A stretch of DNA of 64,000 nucleotides from Candidatus Eiseniibacteriota bacterium (GTDB lineage: Bacteria > Eisenbacteria > RBG-16-71-46 > CAZEPH01). Position numbers and translations under genes: made by a program. Shown here one piece after another: positions 10,698-20,085 of the stretch. How positions within the stretch are numbered: position 1 is the stretch's first letter; the number at the start of each line of letters is the position of its first letter. Where the stretch lies: the NCBI GenBank assembly GCA_044229145.1, contig JBGATO010000010.1:10022-74021 (forward strand). Reading direction: 5' to 3'. The notes beneath the pieces were generated by a model. That model was not told the DNA's origin. It was given only the letters and a program-made list of their open reading frames with translations, and did not search any database.

Positions 10698-11360
10698 CTA
10701 CGCGTTGCCCTTCTGCTTCGCGTGGTCGGCCAGGAACTTCGCCAATCCGTTGTCGGTGAGGGGGTGCTTGAGCAACTGCTCGATCACCGCAAGCGGCATC
10801 GTGCACACGTCGGCGCCCGCTTTCGCGGCCTCGACGACGTGAATCGGATTGCGCACGCTGGCCACCAGGATCTCGGTGTCGAAGCCGTAGTTGTCGTAGA
10901 TCGAGACGAGATCGCGGATGAGCGCCATGCCATCGTGCGCAATGTCGTCGAGGCGGCCGACGAACGGACTCACGAACGTTGCGCCGGCCTTCGCCGCGAT
11001 CAACGCTTGCGGGGCGCTGAAGACGAGCGTGACGTTGGTGCGGATGCCTTCGTCGCTGAACTGCTTGGTCGCGACGATTCCGTCCTTGATGCACGGGATC
11101 TTGACCACGATGTTGGGATCCATCGCGGCGAGGCGCCGGCCTTCGCGCAGCATGCCCTCGGTGTCGGTGGACACCACCTCGTAGCTCACCGGTCCGCCGC
11201 CATGCTCTTCCATGATCGCGCAGATCTGTTTGACGACGTCGTCGTTGTTGCCGCCTTCCTTCGCCAGCAGGCTCGGGTTGGTGGTGACGCCGTCGAGCAC
11301 ACCCATGGCGGCGGCGGCACGGACGTCGGCGGGACTTCCGGTGTCGATGAAGAACTTCAT
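10698..11360 (-). CDS. tal: Transaldolase / fructose-6-phosphate aldolase family
   Basis: [45 protein letters not shown]. Confidence 0.93.
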   Translation of the reverse strand: MKFFIDTGSPADVRAAAAMGVLDGVTTNPSLLAKEGGNNDDVVKQICAIMEEHGGGPVSYEVVSTDTEGMLREGRRLAAMDPNIVVKIPCIKDGIVATKQFSDEGIRTNVTLVFSAPQALIAAKAGATFVSPFVGRLDDIAHDGMALIRDLVSIYDNYGFDTEILVASVRNPIHVVEAAKAGADVCTMPLAVIEQLLKHPLTDNGLAKFLADHAKQKGNA

Positions 11361-12163
11361 GTCTCCTCCTTCGTGCGACGCGACAGACCCGCTGCTTCGC
11401 CCGCGGCGAAGGCGGCGTCGTGCGGTGCGTACCGCACCTGCACCAAACACAATCCGTGTGCCGGCGCGGCGGCCCCGGCGCGCGGTCCCGGCGTTCCGGC
11501 GAGCAACCGCGCCATATCCTCCGGCGGCCGGCGCCCGCGCCCAATTTCGACCAGGGTTCCGGCGATCGTGCGGACCATACCACGCAGGAATCGGTTGGCG
11601 ACCAGAATCAGCCGCGGCCCCCCCTGCCAGCGCGCCCAGCGCGCCTCGAACATCTCGCACTGGGTGCCGCCGCCGTCCTCTGGCGGGCGCGCGACCGCCA
11701 GGAAGTCGTGGCGGCCGAGCAGCGCCGGGAGCGCGGCACGAATCGCCGTCGCGTCCGGTTCACGCGGCAGCTCATGGGCGAAGCGGGCGAAGATCGGATG
11801 CGGCGCCGTAATGAAGCGGTACTCGTACCGCCGGGCCACCGCGCTGAACCGGGCGTGGAAGCCGGCAGCCGCCTCTTCGGCCGCCCGGACGCGGATTGCC
11901 CGCGGCAATCGTGCGTTCAGTGCGCGACGGAGCGTGTCGGCGTCGAGCGCGGTGTCCAGCTCGGCGTGCGCGACTTGCCCCACCGCGTGCGCCCCGGCGT
12001 CGGTGCGGCCGGCACCCACCACGCCGACTGGCGCTCCCACGATGCTGGCGAGCGCCGCTTCGACCTCGCCTTGGATGCTCCGGTCCCCCACTTGGCGTTG
12101 CCACCCGTGGAAGCCAGTGCCGTCGTAAGCGAGCAGAAAGCGCACGCGGCGCGGCGCACTCAT
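11357..12163 (-). CDS. truA: tRNA pseudouridine(38-40) synthase
   Basis: [43 protein letters not shown]. Confidence 0.96.
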   Translation of the reverse strand: MSAPRRVRFLLAYDGTGFHGWQRQVGDRSIQGEVEAALASIVGAPVGVVGAGRTDAGAHAVGQVAHAELDTALDADTLRRALNARLPRAIRVRAAEEAAAGFHARFSAVARRYEYRFITAPHPIFARFAHELPREPDATAIRAALPALLGRHDFLAVARPPEDGGGTQCEMFEARWARWQGGPRLILVANRFLRGMVRTIAGTLVEIGRGRRPPEDMARLLAGTPGPRAGAAAPAHGLCLVQVRYAPHDAAFAAGEAAGLSRRTKEET

Positions 12164-12913
12164 GCCCGCGCCGCGATCGTCACGGCGAGCACTGCGGTGC
12201 CGGCGAGCAAGACCACGTCCGCGGTGCGCAGCCGATATGCCACGTACGAGATGCGGGGCGCACCCGGCCGATAGCCGCGCTTCCAAGGCGTGGCTGAGGG
12301 TTGCCGCCGCGCGGTGCAGCGTGCCGACCAGCAGCGGCACGCCGAAATCGCCCGTCTCGGCGAGCCGGCCGCGCCACCCCGCCGGACGCGCGCGGCCGGA
12401 GAAACGCGCCGCCAGCCGCAGGTCGCGGAGTTCCTCCATCACCAGCGGTACGCTCGCCACGGCGAGCCCCGCGCTGAGGTCGAGCCCCCGCAATCCCGGC
12501 ACCCGGCGGCACGGCGCCAACACCCACGCCGCGAGATCCATCGCCTCGTCGCGGGTCGTCGCCGCCATCGCCAGCGCGCCGGTCACCCCAAGCGTCATCA
12601 CGCGTATCGCGGCCGCGAATCCTGCTGGCACCCCAGCCTTGCTCACCGGCACCCAGGCCGGCCAGGTGGCCACCGCGCGCGGCCCCGGACTCAGGGCGAT
12701 GTCGAGCACCCACGTCAAGACACCCATCGCCGCGAACGCGCCGCACCAGCGGAGCGCGCGCCGGGCCGGCGACGCGGAGAACGCCATCGCGACGGTCAGC
12801 GCGAGGACCATCACTTGCGCCGGACGCGACAGCGGCCACGCCGCGAGCACCAGCCAGAGCACCGTGCTGCCCCAGCGCGCGCGCGGATCGCGTCGCGCCA
12901 GCCAACCGGTCAT
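12160..12913 (-). CDS. ecfT: Energy-coupling factor transporter transmembrane component T (apparent indel near 12280)
   Basis: DPR N-terminus, several TMs, conserved A-R motifs (LAARF; ALEAR then GY in the shifted frame). The shifted frame ends in ATGA overlapping the truA start. Confidence 0.8.
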
Positions 12914-14500
12914 CGCGCGCCTGCCCGGCGCGCCGCCGCGCGGTGCCGCAGCGCCAGCACCACGTAGAGCGCCACCAATCCGGCGCAGAGGGCCACCGGC
13001 CAATCGCCGGCTCGCACGTACGGCGTCGGCGGCAACCGCGCGACGTCTCCGGTCAACACGTCGGCGCGGTGCGCCGGGAGCCGCGCGCTGACGCGTCCGA
13101 GCGGATCGACGATCCACGTGAGGCCGGTGTTGGCGCAGCGCGCGACCCCGCAGCCGGTCTCGATCGCCCGCAACGCCGCCATCCACGCGTGCTGCTCGGG
13201 CGCGGCGGTGCGGCCGAACCACTCGTCGTTGGTCGCCACCACGAGCAGCGCGGCGCCCGCGCGCACCGCGTCGCGTGCCAGTCCCGGAAAGATCGACTCG
13301 AAGCAAATGAGGCCGCTGCTGGCGATCCAGCCGTTCGTCGACGGCGAGAACACCGTCACCTCGCGGCCGGGCCAGAAGTTGCCCTGCCCGAGGTCGATCG
13401 ACCGCAAGAATGGAAAGCGCGTGCTGCCCGGGATCGCCTCGCCGAAGGGCACGAGGTGGCGTTTCGAGTAGCGCGCGACGATCCCGTGTCCGGGTTCGAT
13501 CAAGCCGAGGGTGTTGTAGAAGGCGACATCGCCACCTGGCTGGTAGACGGCCTCGGGGTAGCCGACCAGGAGCGGCACCCGCACGTCGTCGGCGAGCAAT
13601 TCGACGCGATGGCGATCCGCGGGCTGGAGGTTGAGGTAGGTTGGAGCCGCGGTCTCCGGCCAGACGATGAGGTCGGGGCGCCGCGCTGCCGCCACGTGCG
13701 TGAGTGAGTCGTACACCGCCAGGGTCGAGTCCTTGAGCGCCGGATTCCACTTGTCCGCCGCCTGGATGTTGCCTTGCACCAGCGCGACGCGGCCGAGCCG
13801 CTGCGGCCGCGCGTGCTCGATCCGCGCGTGCCCCCACCACCACGGCACCAGCAACGCCCACCCGACGAAGCTGGCGCGCACCACGCGCCCGCGCCATGCC
13901 GGGCACAACATCACCGAAGCGACCAGGCCGTTCACTGCCAGCACCCACAGCGTCAGACCCCACAGACCGCCAAGAGCCGCCCCTTGCGCCCACGAGGCGT
14001 GCGGCGCCAGCGCGTAGCCGATCGACCCCCACGGAAAGCCCATCGTCCCCGACCCGCGGAGATAATCGACGAGCGTGAACACCGGTGGCAGCACCACGAG
14101 CAGCGGCCAATCGAGCCAGCGTAAGAGCCACACCGCGGCCATGCACGCCAGCCCGAGAATGGCACCGAGGTACAGCGCCACCACGAGGTACGCCGGCACC
14201 AACAGATACGGCACCGTGGTTTGCGCGGCGGGAAGCTGTGTGATCCACGAGAACTCGAGCAAGCTGGTGGTGGCGCCGCAGACGAGCCCGAGACGGAACG
14301 CGCGTGCCACCTGCGGCGGCGGCAGCGTCGCCGCGTCGAGCGAGCGCACCTTGGGACGCGCCGCCCGCGGATGCAGCGCCCAGAAGAGCGGCACCCACGC
14401 GACGAACGGCAGGCCGGGCACCGCGGCGGGCGGAAAACACGCGGCCACCGCCGCGCCGCTCAGCACCGCCGCGAGGTACGGCAGCCACGGCGCGACCGCC
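12910..14500 (-). CDS. lnt: Apolipoprotein N-acyltransferase; start approximate
   Basis: GFPWGSIGY, VQGNI, WPETA, YSKRHLVPFGE, ICFESIF, TNDEWFG, RCANTG. Confidence 0.95.
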
Positions 14501-14506
14501 GGGTGC

Positions 14507-15532
14507 TTACGCGAGGCGAACCTCCTTGCCGGTGTCGGCAGACTTGTAGAGCGCGTCGACCACACGCATCAAGGTCAACGCTTCTTCCGCCGGACTGGCG
14601 GGCGCCACGCCCCGGCGCACGCAGTCGACGAAGTGTTCGATCTCCAGTTCGTACGACATCTTGTACTGGCTGCGCTCGGCGGCGAGCGTCGGGGTCACGT
14701 TCACCAAGTTGCCGTGCAGCGACTTCAACACGCGCAGCGGATTGAACACCGCCGTGCCCTTGGTTCCGAAGAGGTTGACGAAGGCGAAGTCCTTGTCCTG
14801 CAGCAGTCCCCACGAGACGTCGAGCGTGATGGTGGCGCCGGTGTCGAGGCGCACGAAGCCGACCGCGCTGTCCTCCGGCTTGCCCTTCTCGCTCGCGTGC
14901 ATCGAGGCCGAGACACTGACCACACTGCCACCGGTGAGCCACAAAGCGAGGTCGAGCATCTGCAATCCAAGGTCGAGCAGCACGCCGCGGCGGCCGGCGA
15001 CGCCGTCGGCGCCGCTCGCCGCCTGCGCGCCGCTCTTCCAACTCTCGCGGCCGCGCAAGTAGCCGGCCTTCGCGAAGTAGACCTGACCGATCTCTTTCTT
15101 CTGGATGAACTGCGACAGCGTTTGCGCGTCGGGACGGAAGCGGTGATTCATCGCCACCATCGCGATGCGATCGGCCTTCGCGGCCGCTGCGACGATCGCT
15201 TCCGCTTCGCTCGTCTTTGCCACGAACGGGCGCTCGATGAGCACGTGCTTGCCGTACGACAGCGCGGCCTGCGCCATCGCGCCGTGGAGATGCGTCGGCG
15301 CGCAGATGTCGATGGCATCGAGATCGAGGTGCTCGGCGCGCAACAAGTCCTGGAAGTCCTCGAAGACTTCGGGGATGCCGAACTTCTGCGACACCGCGCG
15401 GCGGCGCGCCACGTCGGGCTCGCACACCGCGACCAGTTCGACGTCCTTCAGCTTGCGGAACGCCGGGATGTGATTGACCTGTGCCGCGGCGCCCGCGCCG
15501 ACGATGGCCAGCCGAACCGTCTTCTTCGCCAT
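14507..15532 (-). CDS. Gfo/Idh/MocA-family NAD(P)-dependent oxidoreductase
   Basis: LAIVGAG Rossmann start, ICAPTHLH, HVLIERP, GVLLDLGLQMLD. Confidence 0.9.
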   Translation of the reverse strand: MAKKTVRLAIVGAGAAAQVNHIPAFRKLKDVELVAVCEPDVARRRAVSQKFGIPEVFEDFQDLLRAEHLDLDAIDICAPTHLHGAMAQAALSYGKHVLIERPFVAKTSEAEAIVAAAAKADRIAMVAMNHRFRPDAQTLSQFIQKKEIGQVYFAKAGYLRGRESWKSGAQAASGADGVAGRRGVLLDLGLQMLDLALWLTGGSVVSVSASMHASEKGKPEDSAVGFVRLDTGATITLDVSWGLLQDKDFAFVNLFGTKGTAVFNPLRVLKSLHGNLVNVTPTLAAERSQYKMSYELEIEHFVDCVRRGVAPASPAEEALTLMRVVDALYKSADTGKEVRLA

Positions 15533-15580
15533 GCCCTCTCCGTGGTGTCGTGGCGAACGCCGCGCGCGTTCGCCGGATTG

Positions 15581-16636
15581 CTACACGAGCACGACCTCGC
15601 CGGTACCCGTGGTGACGTCGCCGCAGATCCACGCCTCGCAGCCGGCGGCGTGAAGCGTGGCGCACGCGGCCTCCGCATGTGCGCCGTCCACCAGTGCGAT
15701 CATGCCGATGCCCATGTTGAACGTGCGGAACATCTCGCCGTCGGGCACCTGCCCCATCGCCGCGATGGTTTGGAACACCGGCAGCGGCGTCCACGAATCG
15801 CGGCGCACGCGCACCGCGGTGCCCGGCGGCAGGACACGCGGCACGTTATCGAGCAGGCCGCCACCGGTGATGTGCGCGAGTGCTTTCACCGGATGCGCCG
15901 ACCACAGCGCGCGCAGCGGCGCGAGGTAGAGCGGGTGCGGCGCGAGCAGCACATCGACGGGATCGGCGCCGAGCCGCTGCGTGGCGTCGGTGCGTGCGGC
16001 CTCGTCGGCCAGCAACACGCGGCGCGCCAGGCTGAAGCCATTGGTGTGCAGGCCGATCGCCGGCAATGCCAGCACCGCGTCGCCCGGCATCACGCCGATG
16101 CCGCGGATGATGCGGTCCTCCTCGACGATGCCGGTGATGGCGCCGGCGAGATCGAAGTCGCTGCCTTGGTACAGGCCCGGCATCTCCGCCGTTTCGCCGC
16201 CGATCAACGCGCAGCCGCTTTCGATGCAGGCGCGGCTCAGTCCGCGCGCCACCGCTTCGAGCGTGAGCGGATCGAGCCGGCCTTGGGCGTAGTAGTCGAG
16301 GAAGGTGAGCGGCTCGGCTCCGTGCACGGCGATATCGTTGACGCAGTGCGCGACGAGGTCGTAGCCAATGCCCTCCCACCGCGCCGGCGTGTCGGCGAGC
16401 GCGAGTTTGGTGCCGACACCGTCTATGCTGTTGACGAGCACCGGGCGCCGATACCGCTCGATCGGCAGGCGGTAGAACCCGGCGAACAGCCCCAGTCCGG
16501 TGAGCACGGCCGGCGAATGCGTCGCGGCGGCGAGCGGCTTCAGACGACGCAGTCCGTCGGTGGCGCGGTCGATGTCCACGCCGGCGGCCGCGTAACTCGA
16601 GGCGGGCGCCGCGTTGACGGAAGGGTCAGCGGTCAT
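15581..16636 (-). CDS. purM: AIR synthase (phosphoribosylformylglycinamidine cyclo-ligase)
   Basis: YAAAGVDI, DGVGTK, GGETAEMPG, GLHTNGFSL, AHITGGG, TFNMGIGM. Confidence 0.97.
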   Translation of the reverse strand: MTADPSVNAAPASSYAAAGVDIDRATDGLRRLKPLAAATHSPAVLTGLGLFAGFYRLPIERYRRPVLVNSIDGVGTKLALADTPARWEGIGYDLVAHCVNDIAVHGAEPLTFLDYYAQGRLDPLTLEAVARGLSRACIESGCALIGGETAEMPGLYQGSDFDLAGAITGIVEEDRIIRGIGVMPGDAVLALPAIGLHTNGFSLARRVLLADEAARTDATQRLGADPVDVLLAPHPLYLAPLRALWSAHPVKALAHITGGGLLDNVPRVLPPGTAVRVRRDSWTPLPVFQTIAAMGQVPDGEMFRTFNMGIGMIALVDGAHAEAACATLHAAGCEAWICGDVTTGTGEVVLV

Positions 16637-16708
16637 GCGCGGGAAGGTACTCGCTCCGCTCGCAGCCGGGAAGCCCCGCACCGCGGGTCCGCGGGAGACG
16701 ACGCCCGA

Positions 16709-18064
16709 TTACGAGGCGACGCTGTCGGCGAGCGGCTCCTCGGCCGGCACCTGTTGCACCGGCGTGTAGAGCACCTGGAAGGTGCCGGAAGCGATCAACG
16801 AGCGCAGCGCCCCCACCACTTGCGGGTCGAACTGGGTGCCGCTGTATTTGTCGAGTTCGGACAGCGCTTTCTCCGCGGTCAAGGCGGCGCGGTACGGCCG
16901 GTCCGAGGTCATCGCGTCGAACGTGTCGGCCACCAGGACGATTCGGGCGCCGAGCGGAATCTGGTCGCCGCGGAGTCCCTGCGGATAGCCCTTGCCGTCC
17001 ATGCGCTCGTGGTGCGACCGCACCACCTCCGACGCCTTCGACAGGGTCCGGACGCTGGCGACGATGTCGGCGCCGGTGCCCGGGTGCGCGTCCATGCGGC
17101 GGCGTTCGTCCGGGGTCAGGCGGCCGGTCTTCTGCAAGAGGCCGCGGAGGTCGCCGCGCACCTTGCCGAGGTCGTGCAGCAATCCGCCGAACTCGATCAC
17201 CTCGATCTCGCGCTCGTTGAGTCCCATGCCGCGCGCGATCTGTACCGCGTACTGCGAGACCCGCAGACTGTGGTTCCGGGTGTACGGGTCGACTTCTTCG
17301 ATGATGCTGGTGAGCGCCCGCACGAAGTCGCCGAGGTCCTTGCGAATCTCTCCGTACAGCTGGAAGTAGTACCAGAACAAGATCAGCGGCAGGACGCCCA
17401 GCAACGCCCCGACCAGTCCGGCGCTCTGGCACACTTCGGCGATCAGCAATCCGGTGCTCAGCGACACCACCGGGAACAACATGCCCTTCTGATAGTTCTT
17501 GTGCCAGATCTGCCGCAGCGGTTCGCCGGTGTAGAGCGAGATCACCAAGCTCACCGCAAGTTTGTTCACCAGGATGTAGACCACCGCCGCGACCGACATC
17601 GCGAGCGTATTGCGCAGGACGGCGGAGGAGATCCAGCCGGTCGCGAGTTCCCACTGCGACAACACGAGGTAGAGGTCACCGGCGATCAAGCACATCAACG
17701 CGTAGACGCTCGCATTGAACAGGGCTTGCAGGAGCGGGCGGCGCACCGCGCTCTCGTACACGACGGTCGCCGCGAAGTTGATGCACGCGGTGGGAACCGG
17801 GCCGAGGAGGATGATGCCGGCGTAGTCCAGCGCCGCCGACACCATGAAATAGGCACCCTGATCGGTAGGAATGCGCAGGGCGAGCGACAGCAGGTAGAAC
17901 GCGGTCCACAGGGCCGCCAGCGGCACGCTGAGCGCAGGCGCGCCGGCCAAGCGGGCGGGCGATAGCCCCCAGGCCAAGTACGCGATGCTCAAGCCGACGA
18001 TGCTGCAGTAATAGACGCGAAACGTCGTCCCACCTGCGCGGAACGACGGACGGACCTGGGGCAT
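16709..18064 (-). CDS. Membrane-bound HD-GYP cyclic-dinucleotide phosphodiesterase with multi-TM N-terminal sensor domain
   Basis: About 7 hydrophobic segments in the first ~250 aa, then IEEVDPYTRNHS, LLHDLGK, HHERMDGKGYPQGL, ADTFDAMTSDRPYR. Confidence 0.93.
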   Translation of the reverse strand: MPQVRPSFRAGGTTFRVYYCSIVGLSIAYLAWGLSPARLAGAPALSVPLAALWTAFYLLSLALRIPTDQGAYFMVSAALDYAGIILLGPVPTACINFAATVVYESAVRRPLLQALFNASVYALMCLIAGDLYLVLSQWELATGWISSAVLRNTLAMSVAAVVYILVNKLAVSLVISLYTGEPLRQIWHKNYQKGMLFPVVSLSTGLLIAEVCQSAGLVGALLGVLPLILFWYYFQLYGEIRKDLGDFVRALTSIIEEVDPYTRNHSLRVSQYAVQIARGMGLNEREIEVIEFGGLLHDLGKVRGDLRGLLQKTGRLTPDERRRMDAHPGTGADIVASVRTLSKASEVVRSHHERMDGKGYPQGLRGDQIPLGARIVLVADTFDAMTSDRPYRAALTAEKALSELDKYSGTQFDPQVVGALRSLIASGTFQVLYTPVQQVPAEEPLADSVAS

Positions 18065-18122
18065 GAGATGTCCTTGTCGGATGTGCGTGGTAGGGACGGC
18101 ACCGGACGAAGGGCTGTGTTAC

Positions 18123-18141
18123 GGTCACGCGTAGTGTGACC
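18123..18141 (-). other. Short hairpin directly after the peptide stop codon
   Basis: GGTCAC-actacgc-GTGACC on the minus strand; no U-tract. Confidence 0.45.
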
Positions 18142-18215
18142 TACCCACCCCACCCGTACTTGTCCAGGCTCACGGCACTCAACAGAGTGGCGAGAAGTGC
18201 GTAGACCAGGTCCAT
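18141..18215 (-). CDS. Small 24-aa hydrophobic peptide MDLVYALLATLLSAVSLDKYGWGG (below the ORF-track cutoff), candidate signalling-peptide precursor
   Basis: Minus strand reads GAGGGGG-tacgctt-ATG GAC CTG ... TGG GGT GGG TAG. Strong SD at good spacing, hydrophobic core, polar W-containing tail, stop codon 76 nt upstream of the HD-GYP start. Confidence 0.7.
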   Translation of the reverse strand: MDLVYALLATLLSAVSLDKYGWGG

Positions 18216-18397
18216 AAGCGTACCCCCTCGAAAAGAAGTGCCTCCGACGTACATCTCTCACGAGGAACGGATTCGCTGGCTTGTCTGGTCGCTTCGCTAT
18301 TCCCTTCGTGTCCCGGTGCGCGATCCCTTACACGATGCACTGCGCTTCACTGCGTGGTCCGTGCCCCTCCTCGCTAGGTGGGCCACGGGCGAGGGTA

Positions 18398-18426
18398 ACA
18401 ATGCCCCCCGTCCGAACCAGCGTCAA
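18398..18426 (-). promoter_or_regulatory. Putative sigma70-type promoter for the peptide/HD-GYP transcript
   Basis: TTGACG-N17-CATTGT on the minus strand. Confidence 0.5.
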
Positions 18427-18468
18427 CCCGGAAAGTGGACCGGATTACTTGCCACCTGTCGCTTCGCG

Positions 18469-18493
18469 CAACATATGGTGTATCAATATGTTG
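18469..18493. promoter_or_regulatory. AT-rich inverted repeat, putative operator
   Basis: CAACATAT-ggtgtatca-ATATGTTG, about 40 bp upstream of the -35 in otherwise very GC-rich DNA. Confidence 0.55.
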
Positions 18494-18546
18494 GATACGC
18501 GCTTCGATTCCGCGCGGCGTGCATGACGACGATGCGACACGCGCCC

Positions 18547-19965
18547 TCACGGAGAATGGAGGACCGGGAACAACGCGGAATGCGGCATCTCCCCGAGGTG
18601 CCAGGATGGTGCCGGCACGACCTCCGGAGATTCTGCGAGACGCACGGCCGCCCCGACCGCGCGGCCGCGCACATCGACCCACCGGAGCACCGCAGGCGAG
18701 CCGCCCTCCCATACTGCGTAGCGCGCACCCTTCCGCCACACCGTGCGCAATCCGGTCACGTGCGCGACGGCATCCGCACGGAGCAGCGCCGGCTCTTTCG
18801 GAGTATCGGGAATGCACACGCGAGACCCGGCGATCTGCCAGCGTTCCTCGAGCGCGGAGTCTCGCGAGGTCCAGACAGCGAGGGCGGCCCGCGTGCCCAT
18901 CGCGGCAGACTCCCCCGACTGCGCACCCTTGGCCGCCAGCGTGACGACGCCGCCCAGGCCGTCTCCGGTGTCGTCGAGCCACCGCGCGCGCACGGCAGGC
19001 TCGCCCCCGTCCTCGCTTCCCCAGACGCAAAGCACGCTCGTCCCGACGCGGGTGAGCCGCGGTGACAGTTGGTGCTCGAAGTCCACGGGGTCCAGGAGTC
19101 GCGCGGTGCCGAGGCCTCCCTCTGTCCCCCAGCGTCGAGAGACGATGCGGGTGAGGCCGTCACGGCCCTCGGCCCACGCGCAGACCACGCCGTCGTCCAG
19201 CGCGGCCAGCGCGGGCGCACTGCGGCGCGCCATGCGGTCACCTTCCGACAGCTCGCACCCTGGGACCAGCGCGCCCGCCCCGCGCGCGAGGTACCCCGCC
19301 AGAACACGAGACGGCCACTCCCCCGAGATCCAGGCGACTGCGAGACTGTCACCCCGCCACGGCACGAGGGTGGGAGTGCGGGAGGCTTCCTCCCGGGCGG
19401 TCCACTGTGCGGCCGCGGCGCGCGGCTCCCCGCTTGCCGCGCACCATGCGCCGGCGATGGCCGGCGTGTCGTCGTTCCAGTCGGTCCACAACACGGCGAG
19501 CGCATCCTCGTTGGGCGGCGCGTCCGGTAGCCACGCCACGCGCGGCAGGGCCGGAAGGCGCCAGGCATTGGTTTCCGCCAATGCGTGTGCCGACGGAACA
19601 CCGTTCCCGTCTTGCACCCACAGCATGAGTACGGCGTTCGCGTCGGTGACACATTCGGCGGCCACGCACACCGATCCTCCGCGCGCCGCGACGCTCGGCG
19701 CGCCAATGGTGGCCGGTCGCGCGCGCGCGACCCATTCTCGCGGTTCCCCGACCGCGACGCCGAGAGTATCGACCTCCTGGAGCCACAACACCGACGAGTC
19801 GGCGCCTGACTCCACCCACGCCACCCAGGCACCACCGTCGCGCGCGCAGGCGCTCACCGATTCCACTGATCGCGCTCCGCTGGACCATGGCATTGCACCG
19901 CACTGCGCCCGCGCCTCAGCCGCGCACAGCAGCGCAATCCATACGCCCACCCATCGCCCCCGCAT
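18547..19965 (-). CDS. Hypothetical secreted protein with repeated beta-rich units (possible beta-propeller)
   Basis: RBS GGAGGAGG, signal peptide MRGRWVGVWIALLCAAEARA, repeated P-x-(V/L)-A...V-x-W motifs. Confidence 0.65.
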   Translation of the reverse strand: MRGRWVGVWIALLCAAEARAQCGAMPWSSGARSVESVSACARDGGAWVAWVESGADSSVLWLQEVDTLGVAVGEPREWVARARPATIGAPSVAARGGSVCVAAECVTDANAVLMLWVQDGNGVPSAHALAETNAWRLPALPRVAWLPDAPPNEDALAVLWTDWNDDTPAIAGAWCAASGEPRAAAAQWTAREEASRTPTLVPWRGDSLAVAWISGEWPSRVLAGYLARGAGALVPGCELSEGDRMARRSAPALAALDDGVVCAWAEGRDGLTRIVSRRWGTEGGLGTARLLDPVDFEHQLSPRLTRVGTSVLCVWGSEDGGEPAVRARWLDDTGDGLGGVVTLAAKGAQSGESAAMGTRAALAVWTSRDSALEERWQIAGSRVCIPDTPKEPALLRADAVAHVTGLRTVWRKGARYAVWEGGSPAVLRWVDVRGRAVGAAVRLAESPEVVPAPSWHLGEMPHSALFPVLHSP

Positions 19966-20085
19966 CGTCCTCCTCCCCACCCGCACCGGGGAGCCACTCG
20001 CAAGCCGAGGGCCGACGGGAGGAAACGCCGATGCCCCCGCCGCGGAGGCGAGGGCATCTCGGTTCTGCGCCGATGTCGACAGCGT

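Noticed and set aside
5785-14488. Very long ORF-track entries (1202 aa at 5785..9393, 1043 aa at 11357..14488, 658 aa at 8109..10085) as fusion proteins
   Set aside because: The N-terminal extensions are off-frame translations of upstream genes in high-GC DNA. The true starts overlap the upstream stops.
14075-17965. 1296-aa plus-strand ORF and other long plus-strand ORFs
   Set aside because: They are antisense shadows of recognisable minus-strand genes, expected at this GC content, and carry no motifs.
18296-18349. Possible 17-codon minus-strand ORF (VKRSASCKGSRTGTRRE) in the leader
   Set aside because: The SD-like GAGGAGG is about 15 nt from the GTG and the peptide is featureless.
18238-19065. 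275-aa plus-strand ORF over the peptide promoter region
   Set aside because: No RBS or recognisable domain, and it overlaps the minus-strand promoter, operator and secreted-protein gene.
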